From assembly GCF_009914755.1 (NCBI RefSeq), contig NC_060928.1: DNA of 64,000 nucleotides; one strand, 5' to 3'. The translations under genes were made by a program, and so were the position numbers. This document shows positions 38,791 to 51,300 of the stretch, one piece after another. The DNA is from the human T2T-CHM13v2.0 reference genome, Homo sapiens. The stretch's first letter is position 1. Every line of letters begins with the position of its first letter. The notes under the pieces are model-generated. The model worked only from the letters and a program-made list of their open reading frames with translations. It made no database searches and had not been told where the DNA came from.

Positions 38791-41385
38791 CTGTTGATAT
38801 TTATAAATCTCTGTGTTATTAAAGCAGTGAAATGTTTTTGAAATTAAATTTCAGTTGCAGACATTGTTCATAAAAGCAGGAAGAAAACTCTGCAAAGCTA
38901 GCAGTGACGGTAGGTCACTGGGGGTGGCTGCCAAGAAGGTACAAAGGACCTCCCACAAAGGGAAAGCTAGTGGCTAAGAACTTTTTCTGACCTTTTTTTT
39001 CTCATTACTTTAATGTCACTAGGCCACACATCTCAATACTAAAAACATCTTGATAATTTATTGTTTTTTTGTGTGTCTATTTCCCATCTAACAATATCCC
39101 AACCTTATGTATACTAAGCTTTATTGAATTCCTTCTAAGTATTGTCTACATTTGAAAAGATTTTCCCCTGCTCTACTGTAATCTGAGTTGAGCAATCTCA
39201 CATGCATGTCTGCAGAGCAGGATTTAAGAACTCGTTAGAAATATTAAATCCAGAGGAAAACACAGGTGCAGGACTTCTGGCTTCAATTTCATTTGCATAA
39301 TAGTAGCTGGGTAATTGAAGCTGTCAGTAGTTACCTGGCTAAATACAAAAGATAAGAACACTGTATTCAAGCATGTTTCTCTAAAAAGTTGAATGAATGT
39401 TGTTAACATTTACTAGTAAACACAGGTGTGGAATTCTAGGATTCCTTTTTATAAGTTCTTTTACTGGAATGTTCCAATCTCTTCTTATTTTTGACTCCTC
39501 TAGCTAGAAAAAATTTTTTGCCACTAAATCCCTTTTTCTTTTCAGGGTGGGTACCTTTTGCAATTTTAATTATAGAAGAGCCTTAACTGTTGGCAAAACA
39601 AAGCTATTTGGTTTCCTGCCTCAGGGAAAGTTTAAAAAAGGATTGCAGAAAATTGTATGCACTAAATATCTAAGATCCAGTTATTTCTCAAAGACATTTA
39701 ATGTTTGAAAAAAAATTGCAAAGCCCTATGACAATAATTTAGCAATACATATTAAAAGCCTTTTAATGCAAATCAATTTTACATCACTTAGTGTACATGC
39801 TCCAAGGATGCTCATCAGAATTATTCATAACAAAAAATACCTGGGAAACCTTCTGCAGTGAAATATAGAATCCCACATATAGTTACATAGTAAGCTGTCC
39901 TTTAAAGTAGTGTTGTAAAAAAAACTGTTTCATGGGTATATGATCTGGATCTCTTATGTAAGAAATAAAGACAACAAATATGATAGGTTCATAATATTAT
40001 GTACAAATAGTGGGAATATACATAAGCATTAATTGGATCCAGTACCATGTTCAGAGTTATCAGGGAACTACTCTGATTATTAGAATAGAACACCATGATT
40101 AATTAATGATATCTACCTCTGTAAAGTAAACTAACATCTACCATGCTACATACTTAAGATTCTTGTAAAAAACTGAAAAAGTGATTATTTCTGGGAGGTG
40201 GAACTAAAGGGAATTTTATTTTTCTTATTTTTTGCTTATCTTTATTTCTATCTTTGATAAAATCAATTTCTTATTTTTATAACATTGAAAAAGAGCAACA
40301 AAATATTTTTAAAGAATCTTTCCTTAAAAGCGTAAGTTATCTACAAATGTAATGAACAGAACTCACTCTGTGGAAAAAAAAAAAAAAAACAACCAAAATT
40401 TTCCTATTATATTTTTAAGGTTTGTAAAGTTTAGATAACTTTTACCACATAGTTCTATACAGAGATATTCCATCTCATCTAGCTTTTGGCAATTTATTCT
40501 TAGTTATATGTACTTAGATACAATGCACAATTAATCTTGATAATTGGAAACAAAATTCCCTCTTAACATTTTGATAACTTTTTTAGAGCTGAAAAAATTT
40601 ACTTTTGTTTCATTTATGTACAGAAATGAGAAAACTTAGTGTAGCAGTCAATTGGATATAAAAATAAGATTTTGAATTTTCTACTATATGTTTAAAGTAT
40701 AAAGACATATGTTTAAAGTATAAAGATACTTTCTTCTTGTTTCAGAAAGTAAATGATAGGCCCATATGACACTAGAAATGTCACTAAAATTGATTTTCAT
40801 TTATTAACACTTGTATAGGACAAAGATATCTTATGAGTCACAGTGAGATATTATAATGGCATCAGCCAATTTACAGAGTGTAAATGAATTTTCTTGTCAG
40901 CATTTTTAATTGTACATATATTTTTCCCTTTTTGTAAAATGTAAGAATAATTGAAATGATTGGGCAATAGGAATACTTGAAGATGAATTTATATAATATG
41001 AAAGAATCTTCAAGCTTCTAAATTCTATAGAGTGTTTACTTGATTTCTGAATAATAAAAGTAATAAAGATTAAAAGAGAACTGTCATTTCACCCTTGTAT
41101 GACAGAGAGGAGAGACTCGGAGTTTAGCAATTTGTGTGTGTGTGCCTATTCCATTAAGAAGAATCATCTTCAATCTGGGTAGGACAAAGCACCCATCATA
41201 AAAATATAATAAAATAAGTGGGAAACTAGTTCCCGCTTCTCAGACCTAGCAACTTACCTGATAGGAAGTTACACAGAATGATCATTTTGTTTTCAGAGTT
41301 CTTTAGAATGGGAAAAATACCATGATACCTGAAAGGGGACCCTTCCCTCATTTTCCCAATGGGAAAAATATTTAATTTCACACTA

Positions 41386-41670
<285 letters not shown>

Positions 41671-41899
41671 TTAACATTAAAAGAGAACCTAGATTCTCAG
41701 GTACAGAAATCTCAAAAAACTCTCTTCCTGTTTTTGATAAATTTACTAGCTTGGCAGTCACCCATTTGCTTTGTGCTTTAACTGGGTATGACTGAACCTT
41801 GCTCATGCCTTAGGCAATTAAGTAAAAATAGCTTTTGGGTTTGTTAAGATCAGTATGTGTCAATAGCATGGTGTAATTATTTAGAAGTGTAAAGCACAA

Positions 41900-42400
41900 A
41901 TTATCCTTGTATCCTCAGTTGGCCACCTCTAGAGTATAGTGCTAGAATGTGAAAACTATATTTTGTAGAAAATACACTCTAATTGTAGCATATTCAAAGG
42001 AGGATCATCAAGCTAGGGAGAGATCTAGAACCACTGTGTGTGTTGAAGATGTTAAAGAACTGATAATATTTAACATAAAGAGGTGAAGACTAAGGAGGTC
42101 ACATAATAGCTATCCACAAATAGTTGAAGATCTGTCTGATGGTTAACATAATTTTGAGGCTTAAGAAAATAGGAGAAGCAGTGGGTGGTAGTTATATGGT
42201 GGATATTTCACCTCAGTGAAGGAATCATTTTATAATAATTAGAACTGCTCAGTAATGGGATAAAGTGCCTTTAAAAATCCCCTACCATTGAAAATATTTC
42301 AGTAGGATCTGAATTACTGCCTTTCAAGAAAGTCACTAAGTGGTTTCCAGTAGTGGATAGGAACCCTTATATGCTCTGATTTAATAAATCTGTGATTTGT
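41900..42400 (+). mobile_element. L3/CR1 3' fragment
   Basis: gttaaagaactgataatatttaacataaagaggtgaagactaaggagg..acataatagctatccacaaata.ttgaag...ataattagaactgctcagtaatggga. Confidence 0.6.
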
Positions 42401-42461
42401 CTCTACATCTGTGTAATTACTCAATCAGTAACTCTAAATCATAGTATATACGTATCGTTTG

Positions 42462-44018
42462 AAAGCAATCTTGAGCAAAAGGAACAAAGCTGGAGGCGTC
42501 ACATTACCTGACTTCAAAATCTACTACAAAACTAATAGCCATGAAAGTGGCATGATGCTACCATAAAAACAGATATAAAAATCAATGGAAGAAAATGGAG
42601 AGGCCAGAAATAAATCCCCACATTTACAGTCAATTGATTTTCAACAAAGGTGCCAAGAACATACAGGGAGGAAAGGGTGGTCCCTTCAAAGAATGTTGGC
42701 AAGAAAACTGAATACCCACAGAAGAATGAAAATGGACTGTCATCTCACATCATGTAACAAAAATCAACTCAAAATGAAATAAGACTTAAATTTGAGACCT
42801 GTAACCATAAAATGGTTCAAAGGAAACATAGATAACAGGCTTCTTTACATTGGTCTGGGCAATGAATTTTTTGGATATGACCCCTAAAACCCAGGCAGCA
42901 ACAGCAAAATAAACAAGTGGGATTGCAGCTTCAGCACAGCAAAGAAAATCAACATAGTAAAGAGACAACCTACAGAATGGGAGAATGGGAGAAAATGGTT
43001 GCAAACCATACATCTGACAAAGGATTAATATATAAGGAACTCAAACACTTCAGTTGCAAGGAAAGGAAACATATAACCTGGTTAAAAAATGAGCAATGGA
43101 ACTAAATATTTTTCAAAGGAAGATATACAAAAGCCAACAGGAATAAAAATGCTCAACATCATTAATCATCAGGGAAATGCAAATTAAAAGGTCAATGTAG
43201 TATCGCTTCACAACTGTAGAATGGCTGTTTTTGAAAAACAATAAGTATTGATGAGGATGTAGAGAAAAGGGAACCCTCATTCACTGTTGGTGAGAATATA
43301 AATGGGTACAGCCATTATTATCAAAAATATTATAGAGGTTCCTCAAAAAAATTAAAGATAGAACTACCATATGTTCCAACAATTCACTTCTGGGAATATG
43401 TCCAAAGGAAATGATATCAATGTCAAAGAAATGTCTCCATCCCCATGTCTACTGTAGCATCATTCATAATAGCCAAGCTGTGGAATCAACCTAAGTGTCC
43501 ACCAGTGCATGAATAAATAAAGAAAATGTGGTGTATACATACAACAGATTACTATTCAGCCTTAAGAAAAGAAAATCCTATCATTTGCAACAACACGGAT
43601 GAACCAGAAGGGCATTATGTTAAGTGAAATAAGCCAGACACAGAAAGGCAAATACTCTGTGATCTCAGTCATATGTGGAATCTAAAAGAGTTGAGCTTGT
43701 AGAACAGAGAGTTGAATGGTGGTTGCTGGACACTGAGGTGGGAGGGATAGGGAGATGTTAGTTAAAAGGTATGAAGTTTCAGTTAGGATGAATAAATTGT
43801 GGAGATCCATTGTATAGCATGGTGACTATAGTTAATAATGTATTGTAGACATGGACGTTGCTAAGAGATTAGATCTTAAATGTTCTCTCCAAAAAAAAAA
43901 TAGGTGATGTGATGAATATATTAATTAGCTTGATTTAACCATTTCCCAAAATGTACATATATCAAAACATCATGTTCTATGCTGAAAATGTATAAAATTT
44001 TTGTCAAAAATAAAATAT
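42462..44018 (+). mobile_element. 5'-truncated L1 (L1MA-like)
   Basis: aaagcaatcttgagcaaaaggaacaaagctggaggcgtcacattacctgacttcaaaat...; 3' UTR gtatagcatggtgactatagttaataatgtattgta...gctaagagattagatcttaaatgttctc. Confidence 0.9.
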
Positions 44019-44052
44019 TTTAACTACTCTGAAATCTGTCATATGAAGACTG

Positions 44053-44897
44053 CAGTCATGTGCCACATAATCATCTTTCAGCCAATGATGGACTGCATAA
44101 ACCATGGCCCATAAGATCATAATGGAGCTGAAAAATTTGTCTCCTGGTGACATCGTAGCTATTGTAACATAGCTATTGTAACATTGCAGCATTACTCAGG
44201 TGTCTGTAAGTAAGTTTGTAGGTGTAACAAACCTGCATTGCTAGTTATTTCAAAAGTAAAAATAAAAATTAAATCTTAAAAAATACATAAAGTCTTATAG
44301 AAAGAAAAATATTTTTGTATTTTTGTACAATGTTTGTCTTTTAAGCTCAGTGTTATTTAAAAAGAGTTAAAAAGTTTTAAAAATATAAGTTAAAAAGTTA
44401 TAGCAAGCTAAGGTTAATTTATTATTGAAGAAATAAAAATTTAAAAATAAATCTAGTATAGCTTAACTGTACAGTGTATGTAAGTCTAAGTATTATACAA
44501 GAATATTTCTAGGCCTTCACATTTACTCACCACTTACTCACTCACTGACTCACCGAGAGCAACTTCCAGTTCTATAAACTTCATTAATGGTGAGTGCCTT
44601 ATGCAGGTGTACCATTTTTTATCTTTTATACTGTGTTTTTACTGTACCTTTTATAAGTTTAGATATGTTTAAATACATAGATACTTACCTTTGTGTTAAA
44701 ATTGCCTCCAGTATTTCAGTACAGTAACATGCTGTAGAGGTTTGTCGCCTAGGAGAAACAGGCTATACCCTGTAGCCTAGGTGTGTAGTAGGCTATACCA
44801 TCTAGGTTTGTATAAGTGCATTCTATGATGTTTGCATGATGAACTTGCCTAACTCTGCGTTTCTCAGAATATATACCCGTAAAGTGATGCAAGACTG
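44053..44897 (+). mobile_element. Tigger3-family (TcMar) non-autonomous transposon
   Basis: Termini cagtcatgtgccacataa... and ...aaagtgatgcaagactg form degenerate inverted repeats, with TA on the right flank. Internal cccataagatcataatggagctgaaaaatt and tagcctaggtgtgtagtaggctataccatctaggtttgt. Confidence 0.88.
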
Positions 44898-45317
44898 TAT
44901 TTCATTAACCAAAATTAGTAAAAGAATGCTACATCTTCCCCAACTCTCAGATTAAGCTACTTTAAAACTTGTTTTATGAACAGTAAAGTTAACATTTCTT
45001 GTGAATTCCTTAATAGGTTTTTAGTTGGCTTTCCAGCTCCAAAGACATCTTTACACTCAGGAGTTAATTTTAAAGATTAATAGTGATTTCCTCAGGGAAG
45101 TATGCAATTTGTTCCACTAAATTAAATTAATTGAAACAATTTCCACTAGTAAAAGTATCTCATTTACCTAGTAGATATATTGGTCATTTTTCACGTTTGT
45201 AGCTATACAACATTTGGAATACCCACCTTATATTTGGAGAGTTCCTCAGGTTATACATCTTGCCTTCCTGTTCTAAAATTTATACCCTGTATTTTGTTTT
45301 AATCAAGTATAAAACAG

Positions 45318-45825
45318 TGTCAAACGTGGAGACAACTGCCTTTTGAAAGAAGAATTAATTGCTTACATTTCCCAGGAGAAGGGGACATGTCATGCCACAC
45401 AGAACCACATGAGGAAGCACCAGGTTCGTCAGGAGGCAGGAGCAGGAATGAAGGGACAGCATGGCCCAGAGCATTTATTGTGTTTTTCATGGGAAAGTCA
45501 AGGCAGGGGAGGAGAAACAGCTTAGGATTGGCTAGTTTGAATAATGCCAATGGGCTCTGGGCTGTAGGGCCTTTAGTTTTCTGGTACTTGGCTCTGGGTG
45601 ATTTAGGCTGATTGTGGGTAGAGGTGATACTGGCTTAGCGTGTGAGAGTTAAATACAGGAAGCAGGTAGTGGGTATGGAGTTGGAATTTGTTGGAGAATT
45701 TGTAATATGATTTTCATACTACTGCTAAAGCTGGATAATAGAAGAGATGTAAACAACCTTAGCAATTAGCTTGGCCCTGTGATTAATGGATGCCAAGTAG
45801 AAAAATATAGAATCTAAGAAAACAC
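45318..45825 (-). mobile_element. ERVL LTR (MER54/MER74 group)
   Basis: ccacatgaggaagcaccagg.tcgtcaggaggcag...gcttaggattggctagtttgaataat...gggctctggg...ctggtacttggctctgggtgatt. Confidence 0.7.
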
Positions 45826-45859
45826 ATTTTGAACACCTCCCCAAAGTAGAAAATAAAGG

Positions 45860-46290
45860 TTATTCTCCTAGCCTGTCTTGCTGCCAGGACATAAAGATAT
45901 GACTGTAGTGTGAATAATCAATGCATTTGCAGGAGATTTGGATTTAGAGGTGTCCAAGATGAGGGAAGCAAGCCGACTGAGAATGCTTCTTTTGGTTAGC
46001 AGAGCATTTAGCTCCTGGGGCCAGCAGGAGAGAATCTGAAATCTAGTTTTAGTATTTTGTGTAAAAACTGTGGAGTCTGTAAAAGCTGCGCTGTCTTAGT
46101 CAAGTGCACAGGCAATTGTGTTTTTGCCAAAGGAATTAATTCAGTATAGCTGAGCATTTTCTAAATGCTGTCGCTTGTGAGTCTAGCTTTCTGGCCTTCT
46201 TGGAAGTTTTGTGAACTCCTTAAGGTGTTTCAATAAGTTTCCTTTATGCTTAACCTATTCAGAGTAGATTCTGTTGTTTAAGAACATTGA
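45860..46290. mobile_element. Old ERVL LTR (LTR33-like)
   Basis: End motif gtgtttcaataagtttcctttatgcttaacctattcagagtagattctgttgtt; highly diverged. Confidence 0.4.
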
Positions 46291-47987
46291 GGTATGCAGT
46301 GAATTTCTGGAGTCTAATTTTTCCTGAATTTCATTTTAATAAACAGAGGACAGGCAATAGATGAAAATATTCTTTAACCATTTTAGGATTAATGAAACGT
46401 TCCTAGTTTGAGAAATCAGTAGCTATTCTATTGTTTGATGAAGTAAAGAAATTGTAAGCAGGTTCAGTAAATAATGTTACAAGAGTACATTAATTCATTA
46501 CCCCAAACAAGGGCAGAAAACAACAGTAGGCAAATTAGCTTGTAAACTACAATGATAAATGTAGAATTTTATGACTATTCTGATGACACAGAGAGATTTA
46601 CAGGAAAATGATTCTTTATAATGAGCCCCTTTAGCTAGAAACCAAAACAAAGTCTGTTTGCACATAAAAAGAGGAAAGGCAGAGTTGGTGATCATATGTC
46701 AGGATATCCAGCGTGTTTCTACACATGGATAGCAAGTTAAAAAACCTCTCATTCCAACCAGAAGGATGAAGTATATATATTTTCCATGTGTAGGTTTTAT
46801 TTTCATGATCTAAAGTAAATATTGTATATTTTAAGATGTAGAAATAATGAAGAACTCTTAGTATGTCACAAATGCCACCAAGTATTTATTTCTTATATCT
46901 TATAACAAACCTTTGTAGTGATTAGCAGGAACTATCTAACAAACCCTTTCAACTTTTGTGAAACTCTCATCTGTTCCTTTGATGGGGATTTTTTATTCTT
47001 GATAATTACCAGAGCCTCTAACCACAAAGAAGGATCAGAGAAGCAGATGACTCAATTCTTACCCCGATCTCTGTGTCTTATTCAAATTAAAACCTTGCTA
47101 CAAAAAGAGAAATTTGCTTCCCCTAAGACATTTAGTAATATATTTTTCGTTTTACAAGAAATATAATGGAGATACTATTTTATGTGATTTAGACATATGA
47201 ACAGAAAATAAGTGTTTCATATGACAGTGAAGATAACTGTGAGAAATACCATACGTAAAGATTTTTCCGACTCCTTAGACATTGCAGAAGTATAATTTCT
47301 CTGTTTATGTGAACTCCATATAAACATTGTTAAGTTTATTTGAACTCTTTGTTTCCATGTTGCTTCATTGTGGTTAGTAATTCCGATCATTGTATGAATT
47401 AAGCATTTCTTCAAAGAAACAGATGGGTTACTTCAATCAAAGTTTTAAATGTGTTAAAGACCTATATATGCATATATGTACAAGAACCTTAGGATATTTT
47501 TGATGCAGTATTATATATCATTTTATATAGGATTATTTGGTACTCAGTGTATATCACAGATTTTACCAAATTCCTTTAATTATCTGTTTGATGTTTTATC
47601 TTCCCCCATTGCATTTGTAGCTCTTTAAGGATGAGACCTACATAGTCTTATATTTCTATCTTTAGTCCTATCTGAGTAACTGATGCAGTAGGTACTTCAT
47701 AAATTAATTTATTCTGTTCACAAACATTCACTTTGCTACTTATTGGGTATACAGAGTTCAGCAAGATATTCTTGCTCTCACTAGATTCAGCTTAGTGAGG
47801 AGAATAGACATTTAATAATTAAACACAAAGATAAATGTTATAAGTGCTATAAAGAAAAAGAAAAGGATCCAATGAATTTATGGGAAATGTAAAATAATGT
47901 TGTAGGAGTTTCAAGTTGTTTACCTATTACCATAGTACTAGGCCATTATTGAGCCGTTACCGTGCATGAACAAAGGTATCAAGGACA

Positions 47988-48037
47988 TTAGGTATATCTC
48001 CCAATGCTAAAACTTAAAGTATAATAATTAAAAAAAA
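47988..48037 (+). mobile_element. Ultra-short young L1 (L1PA2-like) 3' end with inverted 5' piece and 16-bp TSD
   Basis: TSD aaaggtatcaaggaca at 47972-47987 and 48038-48053. Inverted piece ttaggtatatctcccaatgcta is the reverse complement of L1 TAGCATTGGGAGATATACCTAA; it is followed by forward ctaaaacttaaagtataataa and an A tail. Confidence 0.9.
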
Positions 48038-48089
48038 AAAGGTATCAAGGACAGAAGGCATATTCATAAGAAAAATAAGAAAATCCAAA

Positions 48090-48371
48090 GTAGTTTGCTT
48101 GTTGAGTCTGCTCACTCTCTCTAGTGCCTTGGCGCATGCTTGGCTTTTTCTTTTGCCCTTGTTCATCAGACTTCAGGTTCTTCAGCCTTTGGACTCTGGG
48201 ACTTGCACCAGCAGCCTCCCAGCGGCTCTCAGGCCTTCAATCTCTGACTGAGGGCTGTACTGTTGGCTTTCCTGGTTTTGAGGTTTTTGGATTTGGACTG
48301 AACCCTGCTACCAGCTTTTTTCTTTACTTAGTTTGCATACAGCCTATCATGGGACATCACCTTGTAATCAT
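48090..48371 (+). mobile_element. MLT2B-like LTR fragment
   Basis: catcagacttcaggttcttcagcctttggactctgggacttgcaccagcagcc...ctctcaggccttc...gactgagggctgtactgttggctttcctggttttgagg. Confidence 0.8.
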
Positions 48372-48374
48372 CAG

Positions 48375-51300
48375 GCTTGAGAAAATATGGCCATTTAATG
48401 CAGCCAGGAAGAATTTCTCCTACTGAGACAGACCAGAATATCGAGTAAACTGTCATACTCTTAACAGACCATCTGAGAGAACCCACTGAGAGAGGTTAGA
48501 TAAATGATCCAGATGTTGGTACTGAAGGAGGAGGAAACCAAGAATGCTCCACAGGGTTGCGGAGTACCAGAATGCATTCCAAGCCCTGAACAACTCCTGT
48601 GGAAGAGGTGGCTCTGACCTATGTTAGCTGCCAGACCTGGAGAGAGCAGGGCTGTCTTTCTCACGGGACCAGGGCAAGTCTGATCTGCACTCCCTGCTCT
48701 CTGCCAGTCCCTTCCAGAGTCTCTGCCTGGCTGTGCATTCACACAGTGTAGCCTCACCTACCCTGCCAGAGCACTTTTACCAGTGGCCATTGCCATAGTT
48801 TTTTTTTTTTGCCAGAGGCCACTACCATACCACTGGAGTGCTTTTACTGATAGCCTCCTGCCAGAATGTTTGCGTGTGACCCTGCTGCTGCCCCTTTGGA
48901 GCATATTTGCCTATGGTGCCCCTGATGCCCCACCAGAGTGCTTCTCACCTGCATGCCCCTGCTGCCCCTGCTGGAGCACTTACGCCCACAACCAAGCATC
49001 CCCCACCATCCCTTACAGAGTGCTGTTGCCAGTGGCCTAGGAGCACCTCAAACCCTCCAGCCCAGCCAGGGCTCAACCTCAAGGTACCAGGGGACAAAGT
49101 TACAGACCTGGTCCCAGCCACCTAGGGTTAGAGCACACAGTTCACCAGTGCAGAGCTTTGCCTGGAATCTCTGAAAGTATCTAGAAACAGTCATTCAACT
49201 ACACGCAACTGGCACCACAGTCAAATGCTCAAGGCAATAATGATCACAAAAACAAAAGCCCTATCCAAAGGACAGCAACTTCAAAGTGTAAAGGAACATC
49301 AGCCCTCATAGGTGAGAAAGAACTAGTGCAAGAACTCTGGCAACTCTAAAAGCCAGAATGTTTTCTTACCTCCTAATGATTATACCAGCTCCCCAGCAAT
49401 GATTCTTAACCAGATTGAAATGGCTAAAACGTCAGACACAGAATTCAGAATCTGGACAGCAAGGAAGTCCATTAAGATATAAGAGGAGGTTGAAACCCAA
49501 TCCAGGGAAAGCAGTAAAATAACCTAAAAGTCAAAAGATGACATAACCATTCTAAGAAAGAACCAAACTGAAGTTAGGGAAATTAGAAATTTGACACAGG
49601 AATTTCAAAATACAATAGGAAGCATCAACAACCAAATAGACCAAACCGACGAAAGAATCTCAGACTCTGAAGATCACTCCTTCAAAGCAACACAGGGAGA
49701 CAACAATAATTTTTTAAAATGAACAAAACTTCTAAGAATATTGGAGTTATGTAAAGAGAAGAATCTTATCGTTCTGCATTCCTGCAAGAGAAAAGGAGAG
49801 AGCAAGTAACTTGGAAATTATATTTGAGAATAAAGTCCATGAAAATTTTCCCAATCTCACTAGAGAGATTAACATGCAAATTCAAGAAATTCAGAGAACC
49901 CATGTGAGATACTATGCAAAACAACCATCCCCAAGACACACAGTCATCAGTTTTCCATGGTCAGTGGAAAAGAAAAAAAATCTTAAAGGTCTTAAGACAG
50001 CTAGAGAGAAGGGTCAGGTCACATACAAAGGGAACCCCATCAGGCTAACTAACAGAAGATGTTTCAGTAGAAACATTACCAGCTAGAAAAGACTGGGGGC
50101 CTATTTTCAGCATCCTTAAAGCAAAGAAATTCCGACCAAGAATTTCATATTCTGCCAAACCAAACTTTATAAGCAAAGGAGAAATAAAATCCATTTCAGA
50201 CAAGCAAATGCCAAGGGAATTTGTTACCACTACACCTGCTTTACAAGAAGTCATAAAGGGAATACTAAACATAAAAATGAAAGAACAATACCTGCAACCA
50301 CAAAAACATACTTAAGGGAATACCTCATTGGTACCATAAAGCAACTGTTCAATCAAGTCTACATAACAACTGGCTAACAGCATGATAACAGAATCAAATC
50401 CTCACATATCAATGTCATATAGCTCTTTACATTTGGAACACAAACAGGCCAAATGCCCCACTTAAAAGTCATAGAGTGGCAAGTTGGATAGAGAAACAAT
50501 ACCCAATTGCCTGCTGTCTTCAAGATAACTCATCTCACAAATATGACATCCTTAGGCTGAAAGTAAAGAGATGGAGAAAGTTCTGTCAGGCAAATGGAAA
50601 ACAAAAAAGAACAGAGATTGCTATTCTTATGTCAGATAAAACAGAATTTAAACCAACAATGATCAAAAAGGACAAAGAGCATTACATAATAATAAGGGGC
50701 TCAATCCAACAGGAAGATGTAACTATCCTAAATATATATGCACCCAACATCGGAGCACCCAGATTCATAAAATAAGTTCTTAAGAGGACTATGAAGAAAT
50801 GTAGGCAACCACACAATAATGTTGGAGGACTTCAACACCCAATGACAGTGTTAGATATTATTGAGGCAGAAAAGTAACAAAGATATTCTGGACTTAAACT
50901 CAATATTTGACCAACTGGACCTCCTAAACATCTATACAACACTCACCCAATAACAACAGAATATGCATTCTTCTTATGTGCACATGGCACATACTCTAAG
51001 ATCAATCATATGCTTGGCCATAAAGCAAGTCTCAACAAATTAAAAACAAATGAACTAATATCAACAACATTCTTAGACCACAATGCAATAAAAGTAGAAA
51101 TCAATACCAAGAAGATCTACCAAAACTGTACAATAAAGTTAAAAAATCTGCTTCTAAATGGGTTTTGGGTAAGAAAATTAACACAGAAATCAAGAAATTC
51201 TTTGAAACTGAAAAAACAGATGCAACATAAAAGAATCTTTGGGACACAGCTAATGCAGTGTTAAGAGGAAAGTTTACAGCACTAAACACCTATGTTAAAA

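Noticed and set aside
41252-41340. Minus-strand exon-like segment with perfect CAG|gtaagt donor
   Set aside because: The acceptor pyrimidine tract is short, the context looks like decayed SINE sequence, and no partner exons are evident.
44156-44183. tagctattgtaaca tandem duplication
   Set aside because: Lies in a naturally reiterated part of Tigger3; trivial slippage.
48461-49174. Cluster of overlapping GC-richer ORFs
   Set aside because: Falls within the L1 5' UTR, where higher GC lowers stop-codon frequency; not a CpG island or gene.
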